This document shows, piece by piece, positions 19,722-31,197 of a stretch of DNA of 64,000 nucleotides. A program made the translations under genes and the position numbers. Where the stretch lies: positions 33,713 through 97,712 of the forward strand of contig CAPXSA010000002.1 in NCBI GenBank assembly GCA_948735595.1, written 5' to 3'. Position 1 is the first letter of the stretch; every line of letters begins with the position of its first letter. Below the pieces are notes generated by a model, which saw only the letters and a program-made list of their open reading frames with translations, did no database searches and was not told the DNA's origin. This DNA comes from an uncultured Clostridia bacterium. GTDB lineage: Bacteria; Bacillota; Clostridia; TANB77; CAG-508.

Positions 19722-20510
19722 ATGAGTATGAAACAAGAACGAGTAATTTACTACAAAGATGAACTAAATGAGGAATTTTCAAGAGCAAAAATAACACCTA
19801 GAGTAATCGATGAAAACTATTGTTATTTACATCGAAATCCATTGTGGAATTTTTGCTCTTTTGTGGTGCAAAATATTTTAAGTATGCCTATTAAAGTGGG
19901 ATATAATAAACTAAAATTGCATATGAAATATATAGGAAAAGAAAAGCTAAAACCATACAAGAAGCAAGGATATTTTATCTATGGAAATCATACACAAGAT
20001 TTTGCAGATACGTTTATTCCAAGTGTAGCAATGTATCCCAAAAGAAACTTTTTTATTGTTAATCCAGAGAATATTTCTATGAAAGGGCTAGAACATTTAG
20101 TAGAAATGCTAGGAGCGATACCTGTTCCGGGAAATAAGCAGGCAATGAAGAATTTTTTAGAAACGGTTAATAAAAGAATTGCGCAAGGATATGCTATTAC
20201 CATTTATCCAGAAGCACATATCTGGCCATATTATACCAAGATTAGACCATTTAAAGCGGTTTCTTTTGAATATCCTGTGAAACTAAAAACACCAGTATTT
20301 TGCTTTACCAATACTTATCAAAAATATGGAAAAAAGGGGGATAAAGTACAAATTGTCAGCTATATTGATGGACCATTTTTTCTAGATGAAACTTTAACAG
20401 CAAAAGAGGCAAAGCAAAAACTAAGAGATGAAGTATATAACTGTATGGTGGAGAAAAGTAAAAATAGTAATGTAGAGGTGATTAGGTATGTTAACATTAA
20501 AGAACATTAA
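19722..20510 (+). CDS. 1-acyl-sn-glycerol-3-phosphate acyltransferase-like (LPLAT family)
   Basis: 262 aa; GNHTQDFADTF (NHx4D) and ..IYPEAHIWPYY.. motifs. Confidence 0.6.
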   Translation: MSMKQERVIYYKDELNEEFSRAKITPRVIDENYCYLHRNPLWNFCSFVVQNILSMPIKVGYNKLKLHMKYIGKEKLKPYKKQGYFIYGNHTQDFADTFIPSVAMYPKRNFFIVNPENISMKGLEHLVEMLGAIPVPGNKQAMKNFLETVNKRIAQGYAITIYPEAHIWPYYTKIRPFKAVSFEYPVKLKTPVFCFTNTYQKYGKKGDKVQIVSYIDGPFFLDETLTAKEAKQKLRDEVYNCMVEKSKNSNVEVIRYVNIKEH

Positions 20511-23091
20511 AAAAGATTATCAAGCAGGCGAGAATGTAGTTCATGCCTTAAAAGGAATTAATGTAGAGTTTAGAAAAAGTGAGTTTGTATCTATACTAGG
20601 GCAAAGTGGTGGAGGAAAAACAACTTTGCTTAACATTATTGGTGGACTAGATAGATATACAAGTGGAGATTTAATTATTAATGGCAAGTCTACCAAAGAA
20701 TTTAAAGATAGAGATTGGGATGCTTATCGCAATTATTCTGTTGGATTTGTATTTCAAAATTATAACTTAATTCCACATCAAACTATTCTTTCTAATGTAG
20801 AACTTGCTCTTACTTTATCAGGTGTTAGCAAAAAAGAGAGAAGAGAAAGAGCAATTAAAGCTTTAGAAGAGGTTGGACTAAAGGAGCAAATATATAAAAA
20901 GCCGAACCAATTGTCTGGTGGTCAAATGCAAAGAGTAGCAATTGCTAGAGCGATTGTGAATAACCCAGAAATTATTTTAGCAGATGAACCAACAGGTGCG
21001 CTAGATACAGAAACAAGCAAGCAGGTTATGGAGATTTTAAAAGAGATTGCAAAAAATAAGCTAGTAATTATGGTTACCCATAATCCAGAGTTGGCAGAGA
21101 AGTATTCTACTAGAATTATTAGAATTTCAGATGGAACAATGCTAGATGATACAAATCCATATACTCAAGAAAAGCAAGAAATCAATAGCAACAAAGAAAC
21201 AAGACGTACTTCTATGAAATTTTTTACGGCTTTGAACTTAAGTTTAAATAACTTATTAACAAAAAAAGGAAGGACATTGCTTACGTCTTTTGCAGGCAGT
21301 ATTGGAATTATTGGTATTGCCCTAATTCTTGCTATTTCTACTGGAATGAGAAACTATATTGCAAAAGTAGAAGAAGATACATTGTCTTCTTACCCAATTA
21401 CGATTGAGGAGGCTGTGATTGATACTTCTAGTATGATAGAAAAAATGATGTCAATGGAAGCTGAAGAAAAGCAGAGGGAAGAAGGAAAGATTTATTCTCG
21501 TAATGTTATGTCTGAAATGATGACAACTCTTTCTAATAAGATGGACAATAATAATTTGACTGAGTTAAAGAAGTTTTTAGAACAAGAAGAGAATGAGATT
21601 GTAAAAAATAGTAATAGTATTAAATACAACTATAACTTAGATTTGAATTTATACAAAGAAGACACCAAAGATGGTATTGTGCGTGTGAACCCTAGTACAG
21701 TTATGGATAGTATGGGAATGGGAGCAATGCAAGAGGCTCAGCAAAATTCTCCTATGGCAATGATGGGAGGAAGTTCTATGAGCATTATGAACACCAATGT
21801 ATGGACAGAAATGCTAGATAATAAGGAGTTATTACAATCACAATATGATATGGTAGAAGGAAAATGGCCAGAGAAATATAATGAGGTAGTATTAATTGTT
21901 AATAGTAATTATGAAATTGATGATTATACGCTATATACCTTAGGATTAAAAAGTCAAGAAGAGTTGACAGATAGATGGGAAAAGGCAAAAAAAGGAGAAG
22001 AGATAGAAGAAGAACCCGAACTTTCTTATACTTACGAAGATTTATTAAATTTATCTTTCAAATTAGTTTTAAATTCTGACTATTATCAAAAAGAAAAGGG
22101 ATTATGGATTGATAAAAGTGAAGATACAGATTACATGAGAGAGAAATTGAAAGACTGTGAAAATATTAAAGTAGTTGGAATTATTAAACAGAATAAGCAA
22201 AGTACAGCGATGGCAATGGATACAGGAATTGGCTATATAACAGAATTAAAGGAATATGTCATTAACAAAACAAATGAAGCAAAAATCGTAAAAGAACAAA
22301 AAGAGAAAAAAGATGTTAATGTGTTTACTGGTCTTAAATTTCCAAAAGAAGGAGAAAAGAAAGAGTTTAACTTTAATGATTTAAGCAATGAACAAAAATT
22401 AGCAATTAGTCAAATGAGTAGTGAAGAAATTGCAAAGATAATGCAAACTTATACAGAAAATCAAAATGCAACCTATGAAAATAACCTAAAAACATTAGGT
22501 GCTATTGATTTAGATAAACCTACTTCTATTTCCATTTATCCAAAGAATTTTGAGAGTAAAGAGGCCATTAACAAAGCAATAGAAGACTATAATCAAAAAC
22601 AAAGAGATGATGGAAAAGATGAAAATGTGATTAACTATACAGATTTAGTTGGTACTATGATGAAATCCATTACGCAAATTATTGATGCGATTAGTTTTGC
22701 GCTCATTGGATTTGTTAGTATATCTTTGGTAGTTTCTTCTATTATGATTGGTATTATCACCTATATTTCAGTATTAGAAAGAACGAAGGAAATAGGAATT
22801 TTAAGAGCAATAGGGGCTTCTAAAAGAGATATTTCAAGAGTGTTTAATGCTGAAACCTTTATTATTGGATTAATTGCAGGACTTATGGGAGTAGGAATTA
22901 CGATGCTTATGACTATTCCAATTAACTCCATTATTTTAGCTGCAACAGAAGTGTCTATTCATACAACTTTGAAAGCAACACATATGGTAGGGCTAGTATT
23001 AATTAGTTTAATATTAACGATAATAGCAGGTCTAATTCCTGCCAAAGTAGCTAGTAAGAAGGATCCAGTGGAGGCTTTGAGGGCAGAATAA
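20488..23091 (+). CDS. ABC transporter, fused ATP-binding and FtsX-like permease domains (MacB-like)
   Basis: 867 aa; Walker A GQSGGGKTT, signature LSGGQMQRVAIARA, Walker B ILADEPTGALD; large extracytoplasmic region and C-terminal 4-TM FtsX permease. Confidence 0.8.
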   Translation: MLTLKNIKKDYQAGENVVHALKGINVEFRKSEFVSILGQSGGGKTTLLNIIGGLDRYTSGDLIINGKSTKEFKDRDWDAYRNYSVGFVFQNYNLIPHQTILSNVELALTLSGVSKKERRERAIKALEEVGLKEQIYKKPNQLSGGQMQRVAIARAIVNNPEIILADEPTGALDTETSKQVMEILKEIAKNKLVIMVTHNPELAEKYSTRIIRISDGTMLDDTNPYTQEKQEINSNKETRRTSMKFFTALNLSLNNLLTKKGRTLLTSFAGSIGIIGIALILAISTGMRNYIAKVEEDTLSSYPITIEEAVIDTSSMIEKMMSMEAEEKQREEGKIYSRNVMSEMMTTLSNKMDNNNLTELKKFLEQEENEIVKNSNSIKYNYNLDLNLYKEDTKDGIVRVNPSTVMDSMGMGAMQEAQQNSPMAMMGGSSMSIMNTNVWTEMLDNKELLQSQYDMVEGKWPEKYNEVVLIVNSNYEIDDYTLYTLGLKSQEELTDRWEKAKKGEEIEEEPELSYTYEDLLNLSFKLVLNSDYYQKEKGLWIDKSEDTDYMREKLKDCENIKVVGIIKQNKQSTAMAMDTGIGYITELKEYVINKTNEAKIVKEQKEKKDVNVFTGLKFPKEGEKKEFNFNDLSNEQKLAISQMSSEEIAKIMQTYTENQNATYENNLKTLGAIDLDKPTSISIYPKNFESKEAINKAIEDYNQKQRDDGKDENVINYTDLVGTMMKSITQIIDAISFALIGFVSISLVVSSIMIGIITYISVLERTKEIGILRAIGASKRDISRVFNAETFIIGLIAGLMGVGITMLMTIPINSIILAATEVSIHTTLKATHMVGLVLISLILTIIAGLIPAKVASKKDPVEALRAE

Positions 23092-23204
23092 GAATTATCA
23101 TGAGTTTGCAAATCAACATAAAATGTTGTATAATTACTTTAGTATGAGTAATATCTCATATCCGAAACAAGAGGCACAACAAGACATTTTGAAAGGAGCT
23201 TATT

Positions 23205-23549
23205 ATGCGGAGAGATTTAATTGTGCCAAAAGGCAAATGTCCCTTAGACATTCTAGCTGAACAGGGAGAGAAAATCCGCAATACATGGATTTTCTTACAT
23301 GTAAGTGTTGTTTATGAACTGGCAACTGACGAAAAGGTTATCATCGGAAAGGCTCCAAATGGTGGTCAAATTCTTTTTTGGGAAGCGACAGAGATGCTAC
23401 CAGAAATTAGAATTGTTTCTAAGAATTTTGAAGGAACAGTTTGGCACTTTCTCACCAATGCTTCAATAGGAGATATTGCATTTGATGTTACTGAAGATGT
23501 GAAGGAGCCAGAAGATATCATCTTTGTTAAGATGGAGGGAGCTGCATAA
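23205..23549 (+). CDS. hypothetical protein
   Basis: 114-aa ORF with good coding periodicity followed by a strong terminator. Confidence 0.4.
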   Translation: MRRDLIVPKGKCPLDILAEQGEKIRNTWIFLHVSVVYELATDEKVIIGKAPNGGQILFWEATEMLPEIRIVSKNFEGTVWHFLTNASIGDIAFDVTEDVKEPEDIIFVKMEGAA

Positions 23550-23566
23550 AGGGACATTTAAATTTA

Positions 23567-23613
23567 AAAGGCGTGTGGCAAGATTAGTTCTTATCTCGCC
23601 ACACGCCTTTTAT
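23567..23613. terminator. bidirectional rho-independent terminator
   Basis: AAAGGCGTGTGGCaagattagttcttatctcGCCACACGCCTTTT. Confidence 0.7.
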
Positions 23614-23624
23614 TATTGCAATAT

Positions 23625-24441
23625 TTAGCGAGAGTGGTCTAACTTTTCAAAAGCTAAACCAATACAAAAACTAATCACAAAAAGAACAACAGACCAAATA
23701 CCTTGAATGGTAAATTCTATGCCTGGATAGAGTACAAAAATAGAGCCTAACACAAACCCGATAATCGCATAAAAAGTTTGAGAGTAATACCTGTCTAATA
23801 GGAATTGAATGATTTTCAAAAGTAAAATACTTCCTAGTAAAACTCCAATTCCCATTGGGAATAAAATAGCAAGGTTAACAGTAGCAACTGCATTTAAGTA
23901 GTGTGAATATACTCCTAAACACATTAAAATAACAGTACTGCTTACACCAGGAACAACGATACCAATAGACATTGCAAACCCAGCTAATACAAAATAGAAA
24001 AAGGAGATGCTATTGCTATCCACTTGAATAAGAGATGGTAGTATAGTTTCTAATTGGATAGATAAAAGCCCAATACCAAAAGCAGCAAGTAAGAAAATAC
24101 TATAATGAAGGCGAAAGCCTTTCTTTTGATTAGCTTGTTTAAAAAGAATAGGGAGAGAGCCACAGATTAAACCTATAAAACAAAAACTAGTTGGCATAGG
24201 GAAATTTGCAAAAAGAAAATTTAAAATTTTGCCTACTAGAAATACACCTGTTATTCCTCCTAAAGCAATAGGGAGAAGAAACATAAAGTTTTTCTTAAAA
24301 TCTTGGAATAAATTTAGTACACTATTTACTAATTTTTCATAAATTCCAAAAATAACACAAAAAACACCACTACTAATGCCGTGGAAGAATAGCGCCACAG
24401 CCAATTAATATACCTTTACAATAATCTAATAAAAACTTCAT
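23625..24441 (-). pseudogene. DUF368-family membrane protein (putative polyprenyl-phosphate translocase), N-terminal frameshift near 24385
   Basis: ATG at 24441 (RBS AAGGTGG) gives MKFLLDYCKGILIGCGAILP.. then stops; the DUF368-like continuation ..GISSGVFCVIFGIYEKL.. through the C-terminus is in another frame (ORF 23625..24404). Confidence 0.5.
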
Positions 24442-24555
24442 AGAAAACCACCTTTTATGTTTTATAAAAGGTATGCAAAAAAAATTAAAAAAATTCAAAA
24501 AAGTTCTTGACAAAATAATAGATAACATTTATAATAATACTTGTTCAAACGAAAT

Positions 24556-24629
<74 letters not shown>

Positions 24630-24631
24630 AA

Positions 24632-24676
24632 AGAAGAACCACTAAGAAATAGGAATCTTAGTGGTTCTTCTTTTTT
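24632..24676 (+). terminator. rho-independent terminator after tRNA-Gly
   Basis: 15-bp stem AGAAGAACCACTAAG...CTTAGTGGTTCTTCT followed by TTTTTT. Confidence 0.7.
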
Positions 24677-24689
24677 ATAACTAGATTTT

Positions 24690-25214
24690 TAATAATTCAT
24701 TTTTAAAATTTTGAGAAATTTTGGAAATATATTTGACAAAAAAAGGAAACTATAGTATAATAAATTTTGTGGTGCATTATTCTAGTCGCATAAATAATAT
24801 GAAGGTGGGGCTAAAAATCCACTAATTGTGTGAAAAGCACTTTATATATTCTGCTTTCTTCGCCCAGATGAGGGTGGGTATATAATTTAAGATTTAAGGA
24901 AAAGTTGTAATGGCATACAATGAAATTCCTTTTGTCGATTGCAAATGAAAATAAAGCACATGTCGTGAGTGATAATATGGGATAGCGTAATCTGCTTTGA
25001 AAATATTATTGCAAAAGCGAATAAGTATTATCTTATATGTGTTAGGGAAAACCTCTAGAGTGTCAATATCACAAGGATTAAGGTACGGACTAAGTGGCAA
25101 TCGAGTCATTAAGCTGGTAACACTTAATTACTTTTCTTAAAGAGAAATCGCCCATGGGTAACCTAAGGTGAAAAGTAGAGAAATTCAACTCGACCTAAGC
25201 CGTAAAATTAATTT
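24690..25214 (+). promoter_or_regulatory. unusually long (~520 nt) non-coding leader upstream of a membrane-protein gene; possible cis-regulatory RNA (unidentified)
   Basis: no ORF with coding signal; -35/-10-like TTGACA...TATAAT around 24727-24760; contains AGGGTGG but no complete T-box or other riboswitch consensus I could recognise. Confidence 0.25.
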
Positions 25215-25788
25215 GTGAGATACCATGATTTTTATAAAAGAAAAACTTTTGAAGAAAGAGTGAAGATTTCATTGAAAGATAAATGGATTATTCAAGTATT
25301 TATTATTTCATTCATTTTATCCGCAATATTTAGTGGATTATCGTCCTTATTATCAGACATTAATGTTATTGCTTTAGTCGTAATTATTCTCATTGTTATT
25401 GGAATTGGTATATTATTTGATATGATTGGTGTTGCAGCGTTAACTGCGGAAGAAGCGCCTTTTCATGCGATGAATTCAAAAAAGATAAAAGAAGCAACAG
25501 CTTGTATCAATTTATTAAAAAATAGCACAAAAGTTTCTAGTGTTTGTAATGATATTGTAGGAGACATTTGTGGTATTGTAAGCCGGAGGGTTAGGCGCAA
25601 CTTTAACAGTGTACTTAACAACAGCATGTCATATGCACGCACTACTGGCTAGTATTTTAGTAGCATCTTTTATTTCAGCATTAACAGTAGGAGGAAAGGC
25701 GTTCTTTAAAACAGTTGCTACAAAAAAATGTGATGAAATAGTATTAGTAGCAGGAAAGGTATTGCAAATATTTACAAAATCGAAATAG
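25215..25788 (+). pseudogene. polytopic membrane protein of unknown family, frameshift near 25590
   Basis: ORF 25215..25652 ends ..DIVGDICGIVSRRVRR..*; +1 frame continues GGLGATLTVYLTT...ALTVGGKAFFKTVATKKCDEIVLVAGKVLQIFTKSK* as a plausible membrane-protein C-terminus. Confidence 0.4.
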
Positions 25789-26009
25789 ATAAGAAAAGCG
25801 AATGTTAAGAATAACATTCGTTTTTTGGTATCTAAAATAATATCTTTTTCAAATCAATATAGTTTTCATAAGGTTCACAAACAATATCAAAGCCTGCTTG
25901 GAAATCTTCTAAAGAATTACAAGGATCGTTAGGGTCATCAGGCTCAAATCCAATTGTAATAACACTATCATGTAAATTTTTATCAACCATATTTAAATCT
26001 GAAGTTTGG

Positions 26010-26630
26010 TCACCGAATTAACAAGACTTGATTACGTCCTTTTAATTTATTTGTTATTTCAGTAGGCAAAGAAACTTCATTTTTATTAAAACTATGAATA
26101 ATATTTTCGCCTACACCAACAGCAACGCCATTTTCAAATAGTATTTTATTACTACTCACATAAATATTATCAAAATAGCAGTTATGCTTTTTCAAAAAGG
26201 CTTCAATGAAATTTCCAATTCCAGCACTAATAATGATTAAGGGAATATGATTATTATACAAAAATTCCAGAAACTCTGGAGCACCAATACGGAAATCCAT
26301 AACTCGTAAATCAGTAGCAGCCTTTTCAAAAACTTCTTCTGTCATTTTATATTTTACAAATAACCCTATATGAGCTCTAAACCATTCGGCCATCATTTTC
26401 ATACGATATTCAAAAGGAAGAGAAGTATCTACTTCAATAGGACGATATTTATCATATTGTTTATGTCTCTCAGTAGAATATTCTTCGGGTACCAAGTCTG
26501 TATCAGCTAAAACAGACCAAGAAGTTTTACTACTTCCAGCTGTAATGGTTCTATCAAAATCAGCAACTACATAAAGGTTATTTAGGTTTTGAATAGGTAA
26601 TAATTTTTCCACGAAATCTTTTATATACAT
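26010..26630 (-). CDS. HAD-superfamily hydrolase (HAD-IB/phosphoserine-phosphatase-like)
   Basis: 206 aa; motif I VVADFDRTIT, later ..IISAGIGNFIE.. and distal aspartates. Confidence 0.55.
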   Translation of the reverse strand: MYIKDFVEKLLPIQNLNNLYVVADFDRTITAGSSKTSWSVLADTDLVPEEYSTERHKQYDKYRPIEVDTSLPFEYRMKMMAEWFRAHIGLFVKYKMTEEVFEKAATDLRVMDFRIGAPEFLEFLYNNHIPLIIISAGIGNFIEAFLKKHNCYFDNIYVSSNKILFENGVAVGVGENIIHSFNKNEVSLPTEITNKLKGRNQVLLIR

Positions 26631-26728
26631 AAAGTTTCCTCCTTATGGTTAAATTATAAACTATTTATAAGAAAAAGAAAAGTGCTTGAAAGAAATAAAT
26701 GATTGAGATATAATGTGATACAAAAGGA

Positions 26729-27295
26729 GTGAAAATTATGCCATCACATCAAATTCATTTAGCAATAGCAAAAAAATATATAGAAAAACATGAAGTAGAA
26801 GATAAAGAAGCTTTTATAGAAGGGAGTATTGCTCCAGATTTTGTGAAACCAAAAGAAATTAGCCATTATACAATACCAAGTTCTAAAGAAGATTTATATG
26901 AACATTTAAAGGCAAAAGTGGATTTAAATAGATTTTTAAGAGAAAATGAAATTAAAACAGATTATGATAAAGCTGTATTATTACACTTAATGACAGACAG
27001 AATATTTTTTACAGAATTTTTTAGTGAAGAATTTTTAAAGCATACAAATTATCATGAATTTACGGAAGATTTATATACTAGTTATAGTCAAACGAATGGA
27101 TATTTAGAAGAAAAATATCACATCATATTAAAAGAAGAATTAGCAGAGAAAATAAGAGAAGAAATAGAGGCATCGAAACAACATCATAAGGTGTCTGCAA
27201 AGACAGGAAAAAATATAGTACCACTAGATAAATTAAACGCTTTTATTGAAAGAATGTCTAGTGTGAATTTAGAAGAATATATCACGAAAGAATAA
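26729..27295 (+). CDS. possible zinc-dependent phospholipase C family protein
   Basis: 188 aa; N-terminal His-rich MPSHQIHLAIAKKYIEKH..GSIAPDF pattern; weak assignment. Confidence 0.3.
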   Translation: MKIMPSHQIHLAIAKKYIEKHEVEDKEAFIEGSIAPDFVKPKEISHYTIPSSKEDLYEHLKAKVDLNRFLRENEIKTDYDKAVLLHLMTDRIFFTEFFSEEFLKHTNYHEFTEDLYTSYSQTNGYLEEKYHIILKEELAEKIREEIEASKQHHKVSAKTGKNIVPLDKLNAFIERMSSVNLEEYITKE

Positions 27296-27339
27296 ATATA
27301 AAATACAAAGGGCAAAATGATAAAATGAGGAGGAGACGA

Positions 27340-30112
27340 ATGGAAGAAAACAAAAAAGAGTGGTTTAATCAGTCTGTAGAAGAAATAAAAGAAAAATTAA
27401 AAGTAGAAGAAACACAAGGATTATCAGAAGAACAAGTTGCGAAAAATAGAGAGATTTATGGATTAAATGAGTTAGCAACCAAAAAGAAGAAGAGTTTATT
27501 TGTGAAATTTTTAGAACAATTTAAAGATTTCATGATTATTATTTTAATTATTGCAGCTATTATTTCAGGAGTAGTTGGCTATTATGAAGGAGAAGGTATT
27601 ACAGATTCGATTATTATCTTAATCGTGGTTATTGTCAATGCTATTATTGGTGTTGCTCAAGAGAATAAAGCGGAAAAATCACTAGAAGCTTTACAGAGAT
27701 TAAGTTCCCATGTGGTGAAAGTAATGCGCAATCGGCAATATAACAGTGGTACCTTCTAAAGAATTAGTACCAGGAGATATTGTGGTGCTAGATACAGGAG
27801 ATTATGTGCCTGCAGATTTGAGAATTATAGAAGCAGTAAATTTAAAATCGCAAGAAGCCTCTTTAACAGGTGAGTCTGTTCCAGTAGAGAAAAATACACT
27901 AGTAATAGAGAAAGAAAAAGTAGGAATTGGAGATAGAACCAATATGCTATTTTCTTCAAGCCTAATTACTTATGGTAGAGGAAAAGGAATTGTTGTAGAA
28001 ACAGGAATGACAACAGAAGTAGGAAAAATTGCAGGAATGATTAACGAGGTAGAAGATACTGAGACACCACTTCAACAAAAGTTAAATAAGCTAGGAAAAG
28101 TATTAGGAATAGCTGCCATTGTAATTTGTGTTTTCATTTTTGGAATTGGTTTACTTTATGGAAAAGACCCAATGGATATGTTTATGACAGCGGTTAGTTT
28201 AGCAGTAGCAGCAATACCAGAAGGATTAGCTGCGGTATCTACCATTGTTCTTGCAATTGGTGTACAAAGAATGGTAAAAAAGCATGCCATTGTGAAAAAA
28301 TTGCCAGCAGTAGAGACTTTGGGAAGTACAACGGTTATTTGTTCAGACAAAACAGGAACATTAACACAAAATAAAATGACAGTCAAAAAGTTATTCTATA
28401 ATAACCAATTAGTAGAAATAGAAAACGTCAATACAAATGAAACTACTGAAGAACTAGAAAAGTTAGTATATATTAGCATGTTTTGCAATGATACAAAAGT
28501 AGCATCTGACAAAACGTTAACAGGAGATCCAACAGAAACAGCTTTAATTGATATGGCTTTTAACTTAGATTTTCAACCAACAGTGTTAGAACAATACCCA
28601 CGTGTAAAAGAATTACCATTTGATTCAGAAAGAAAGTTAATGACCACTGTTCACAAGTTAACTGATAAATATGTAGTATACACAAAAGGCGGAGTAGATG
28701 AATTATTAGCAAGATGTGATAGCTATGTGATAAATAACGAAGCGAAGCAAGACTTAGAGAGTTTCAAACAAGAAATTGCAAAACAAAATGAAGCAATGGC
28801 AAAAGATGCTCTTCGTGTACTTGCTATGGGATATAAAGAAATAGACCATGAGCCAACAGATGAGGAAATGAAAGATATTGAAAAAGATTTAATCTATGTT
28901 GGAATGGTAGGAATGATAGATCCACCAAGAGAAGAAGTAAAAGACGCAGTTGCAAAATGCAAAAGAGCTGGTATTAAAACTGTGATGATTACAGGTGACC
29001 ACAAGGCAACAGCTATTGCCATTGCAAAAGCATTAGGCATTTTAGAAAGTGAGGAAGAAGCACTTACAGGGGCAGAACTAGAAGAAATGTCTGACCAAGA
29101 CTTAATTGCAAATGTAAGAAAGTATAGTGTGTATGCTAGAGTATCTCCTGAGCATAAAGTGAGAATTGTCAAGGCATGGAAAGAAAATGGAGAAATTGTA
29201 GCTATGACAGGTGATGGTGTCAATGATGCACCAGCTTTAAAAACAGCAGATATTGGTTGTGCAATGGGAGTGGTAGGAACCGATGTAGCAAAAGAAGCAG
29301 CAGATGTTATTTTGACAGATGATAATTTTGCGACAATTGTATCTTCAGTAGAAGAAGGAAGACGTATTTATGATAACATTTTAAAGGCAATTCAATTTTT
29401 GCTATCTAGTAATGTTGGAGAAATCATCATCCTATTTGTTGCAATACTAATTACACCATTACTTAGTAAATGGTTTAATATAGATGTTAATTTAATTGTA
29501 CCATTATTACCAATACACATTTTATGGATAAACTTAGTAACAGACTCTTTGCCAGCACTTGCCTTAGCAGTAGACCCAGCAGAAAAAGATATCATGGATA
29601 GAAAACCTATCAAACCAAAGCAAGGTGTTTTTACGAAAGGAATGACTTGGAGAGTAATTTACCAAGGCGTTATGATTGGAATAATTACACTTACTGCCTT
29701 CATTATTGGTTTAGCAACACCAGTAGACCAGCTACCAATGGTAGAAGTGACGGATAGTGAGGGGATGATAAGAACATTATCAGAGGAAGAAGTAAGAGTG
29801 GAAATTGGTCAGACTATGGCATTTACTGTGCTAGCACTTTCAGAATTGGTTCATGTGTTTAATATTAGAAATAATAAAAAGTCTATTTTTAAAACAGGAA
29901 TTTTCAGCAATCGCAAATTAATTTTAGCAAATTTGGCTTCAGCGCTATTGATGCTAGTGATACTAATTGTACCTGCATTAAGAAACATTTTCAGCATTCC
30001 AGTATTACCAGTAATGAATATTATTGAAATTGTATTTTTGATATTTATACCAGTTGTGGTTGTGGAATTGTTTAAATTGTTTAAGATAAATACGACGAAA
30101 GATGAAGTGTAA
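27340..30112 (+). pseudogene. P-type Ca2+/cation-transporting ATPase (P2-type), frameshift at ~27733
   Basis: ORFs 27325..27759 and 27746..30112 together form a complete P-type ATPase (Cation_ATPase_N, DKTGTLT phosphorylation site, TGDGVNDAPAL hinge, 10 TM); removing the C in AAT-C-GGC restores ..VMRNGNITVVPSKELVPGDIV.. Confidence 0.75.
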
Positions 30113-30207
30113 AAATTAAAAATTCTTAAATCTAAAAAAATACCTTAAATTAACTATTAATTTTTTTCAGAATAGTATATACTATAGAAGAAAATTGTCG
30201 ATTTAAG

Positions 30208-31137
30208 GTGTTTTTTATGATAATATATGACATTGAAAGTTTTGAGAAAAAGAAAAGTAAAAAATGGATTTTTTGGACTATACTGATAGGGATAATTGTT
30301 ATTGGTATAGCTATTTTTGGTGGAATAAAAACAGCAGAATATGTGGCAAATCAAAAAGAGAAAAAATTGGCACAAGAGAGTGAAAGTAACCCACAAAATA
30401 AAGATACAAATAATGGGAAAGTAAATGAAGAAAGTAAAAATCTAAATAAAGGGCAACAAGATACAACAAATCACAAAGGTTTAACAAAAGAACAATTAAA
30501 AGCAATAGATAATATTTATGATAGTAAAGAAAAAGTAGCATTTCTTACCTTTGATGATGGACCTTCTAGTAATGTAACTCCAAAGATATTAGATGTATTA
30601 AAAAAGGAAAATATTAAAGCAACGTTTTTTGTATTAGGTACTATGGCAAAAGCAAATCCTGAGGTGTTAAAAAGAGAAAAAGAAGAAGGTCACTATATTG
30701 CAAATCATAGTTATTCTCATGTTTACCCAAAGGTATATGCTAATGAAAATAAACCATTAGAAGAATATAACAAGACAAATAAAATAATACAAGATGCATT
30801 AGGTGATAGTAGTTATCAATCGAATCTTTTCCGTTTTCCAGGTGGATCAGTAGGCGGATATTATGATAAACTAAAACAAAAAGCAAAAAAGAAGTTTCGA
30901 GAAAAAGGTATTTCCTCTTTAGATTGGAATTGCTTAACTAATGATTCAGATGGTGCAGAAACAAAACAAGCCATTATGCAAAATTTAAAAGCAACAAGCA
31001 AAGGTAAGAAAAGTTTAGTAATATTAATGCATGATGCTCCTAATAAAGATTTAACAGCTAAAACATTACCAGATGTGATAAAATATTTAAGAGAGCAAGG
31101 TTATAGTTTTCAAAATATGTATGATGTGATAGAATAA
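30208..31137 (+). CDS. polysaccharide deacetylase (NodB homology domain), membrane-anchored
   Basis: 309 aa; N-terminal TM, AFLTFDDGPS.. and ..ANHSYSH.. NodB motifs. Confidence 0.75.
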   Translation: MFFMIIYDIESFEKKKSKKWIFWTILIGIIVIGIAIFGGIKTAEYVANQKEKKLAQESESNPQNKDTNNGKVNEESKNLNKGQQDTTNHKGLTKEQLKAIDNIYDSKEKVAFLTFDDGPSSNVTPKILDVLKKENIKATFFVLGTMAKANPEVLKREKEEGHYIANHSYSHVYPKVYANENKPLEEYNKTNKIIQDALGDSSYQSNLFRFPGGSVGGYYDKLKQKAKKKFREKGISSLDWNCLTNDSDGAETKQAIMQNLKATSKGKKSLVILMHDAPNKDLTAKTLPDVIKYLREQGYSFQNMYDVIE

Positions 31138-31197
31138 AAACAAAAAAATGAAATATAGTTACAATTAGATGGATATCATAAAAAGGAGTAGAGGAAT

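Noticed and set aside
24860-24885. T-box riboswitch in the 24.7-25.2 kb leader
   Set aside because: An AGGGTGG heptamer is present but the rest of the T-box consensus (..NACCGCG) and a terminator/antiterminator pair are missing. A genuine T-box is present instead at 32448-32690 before thrS.
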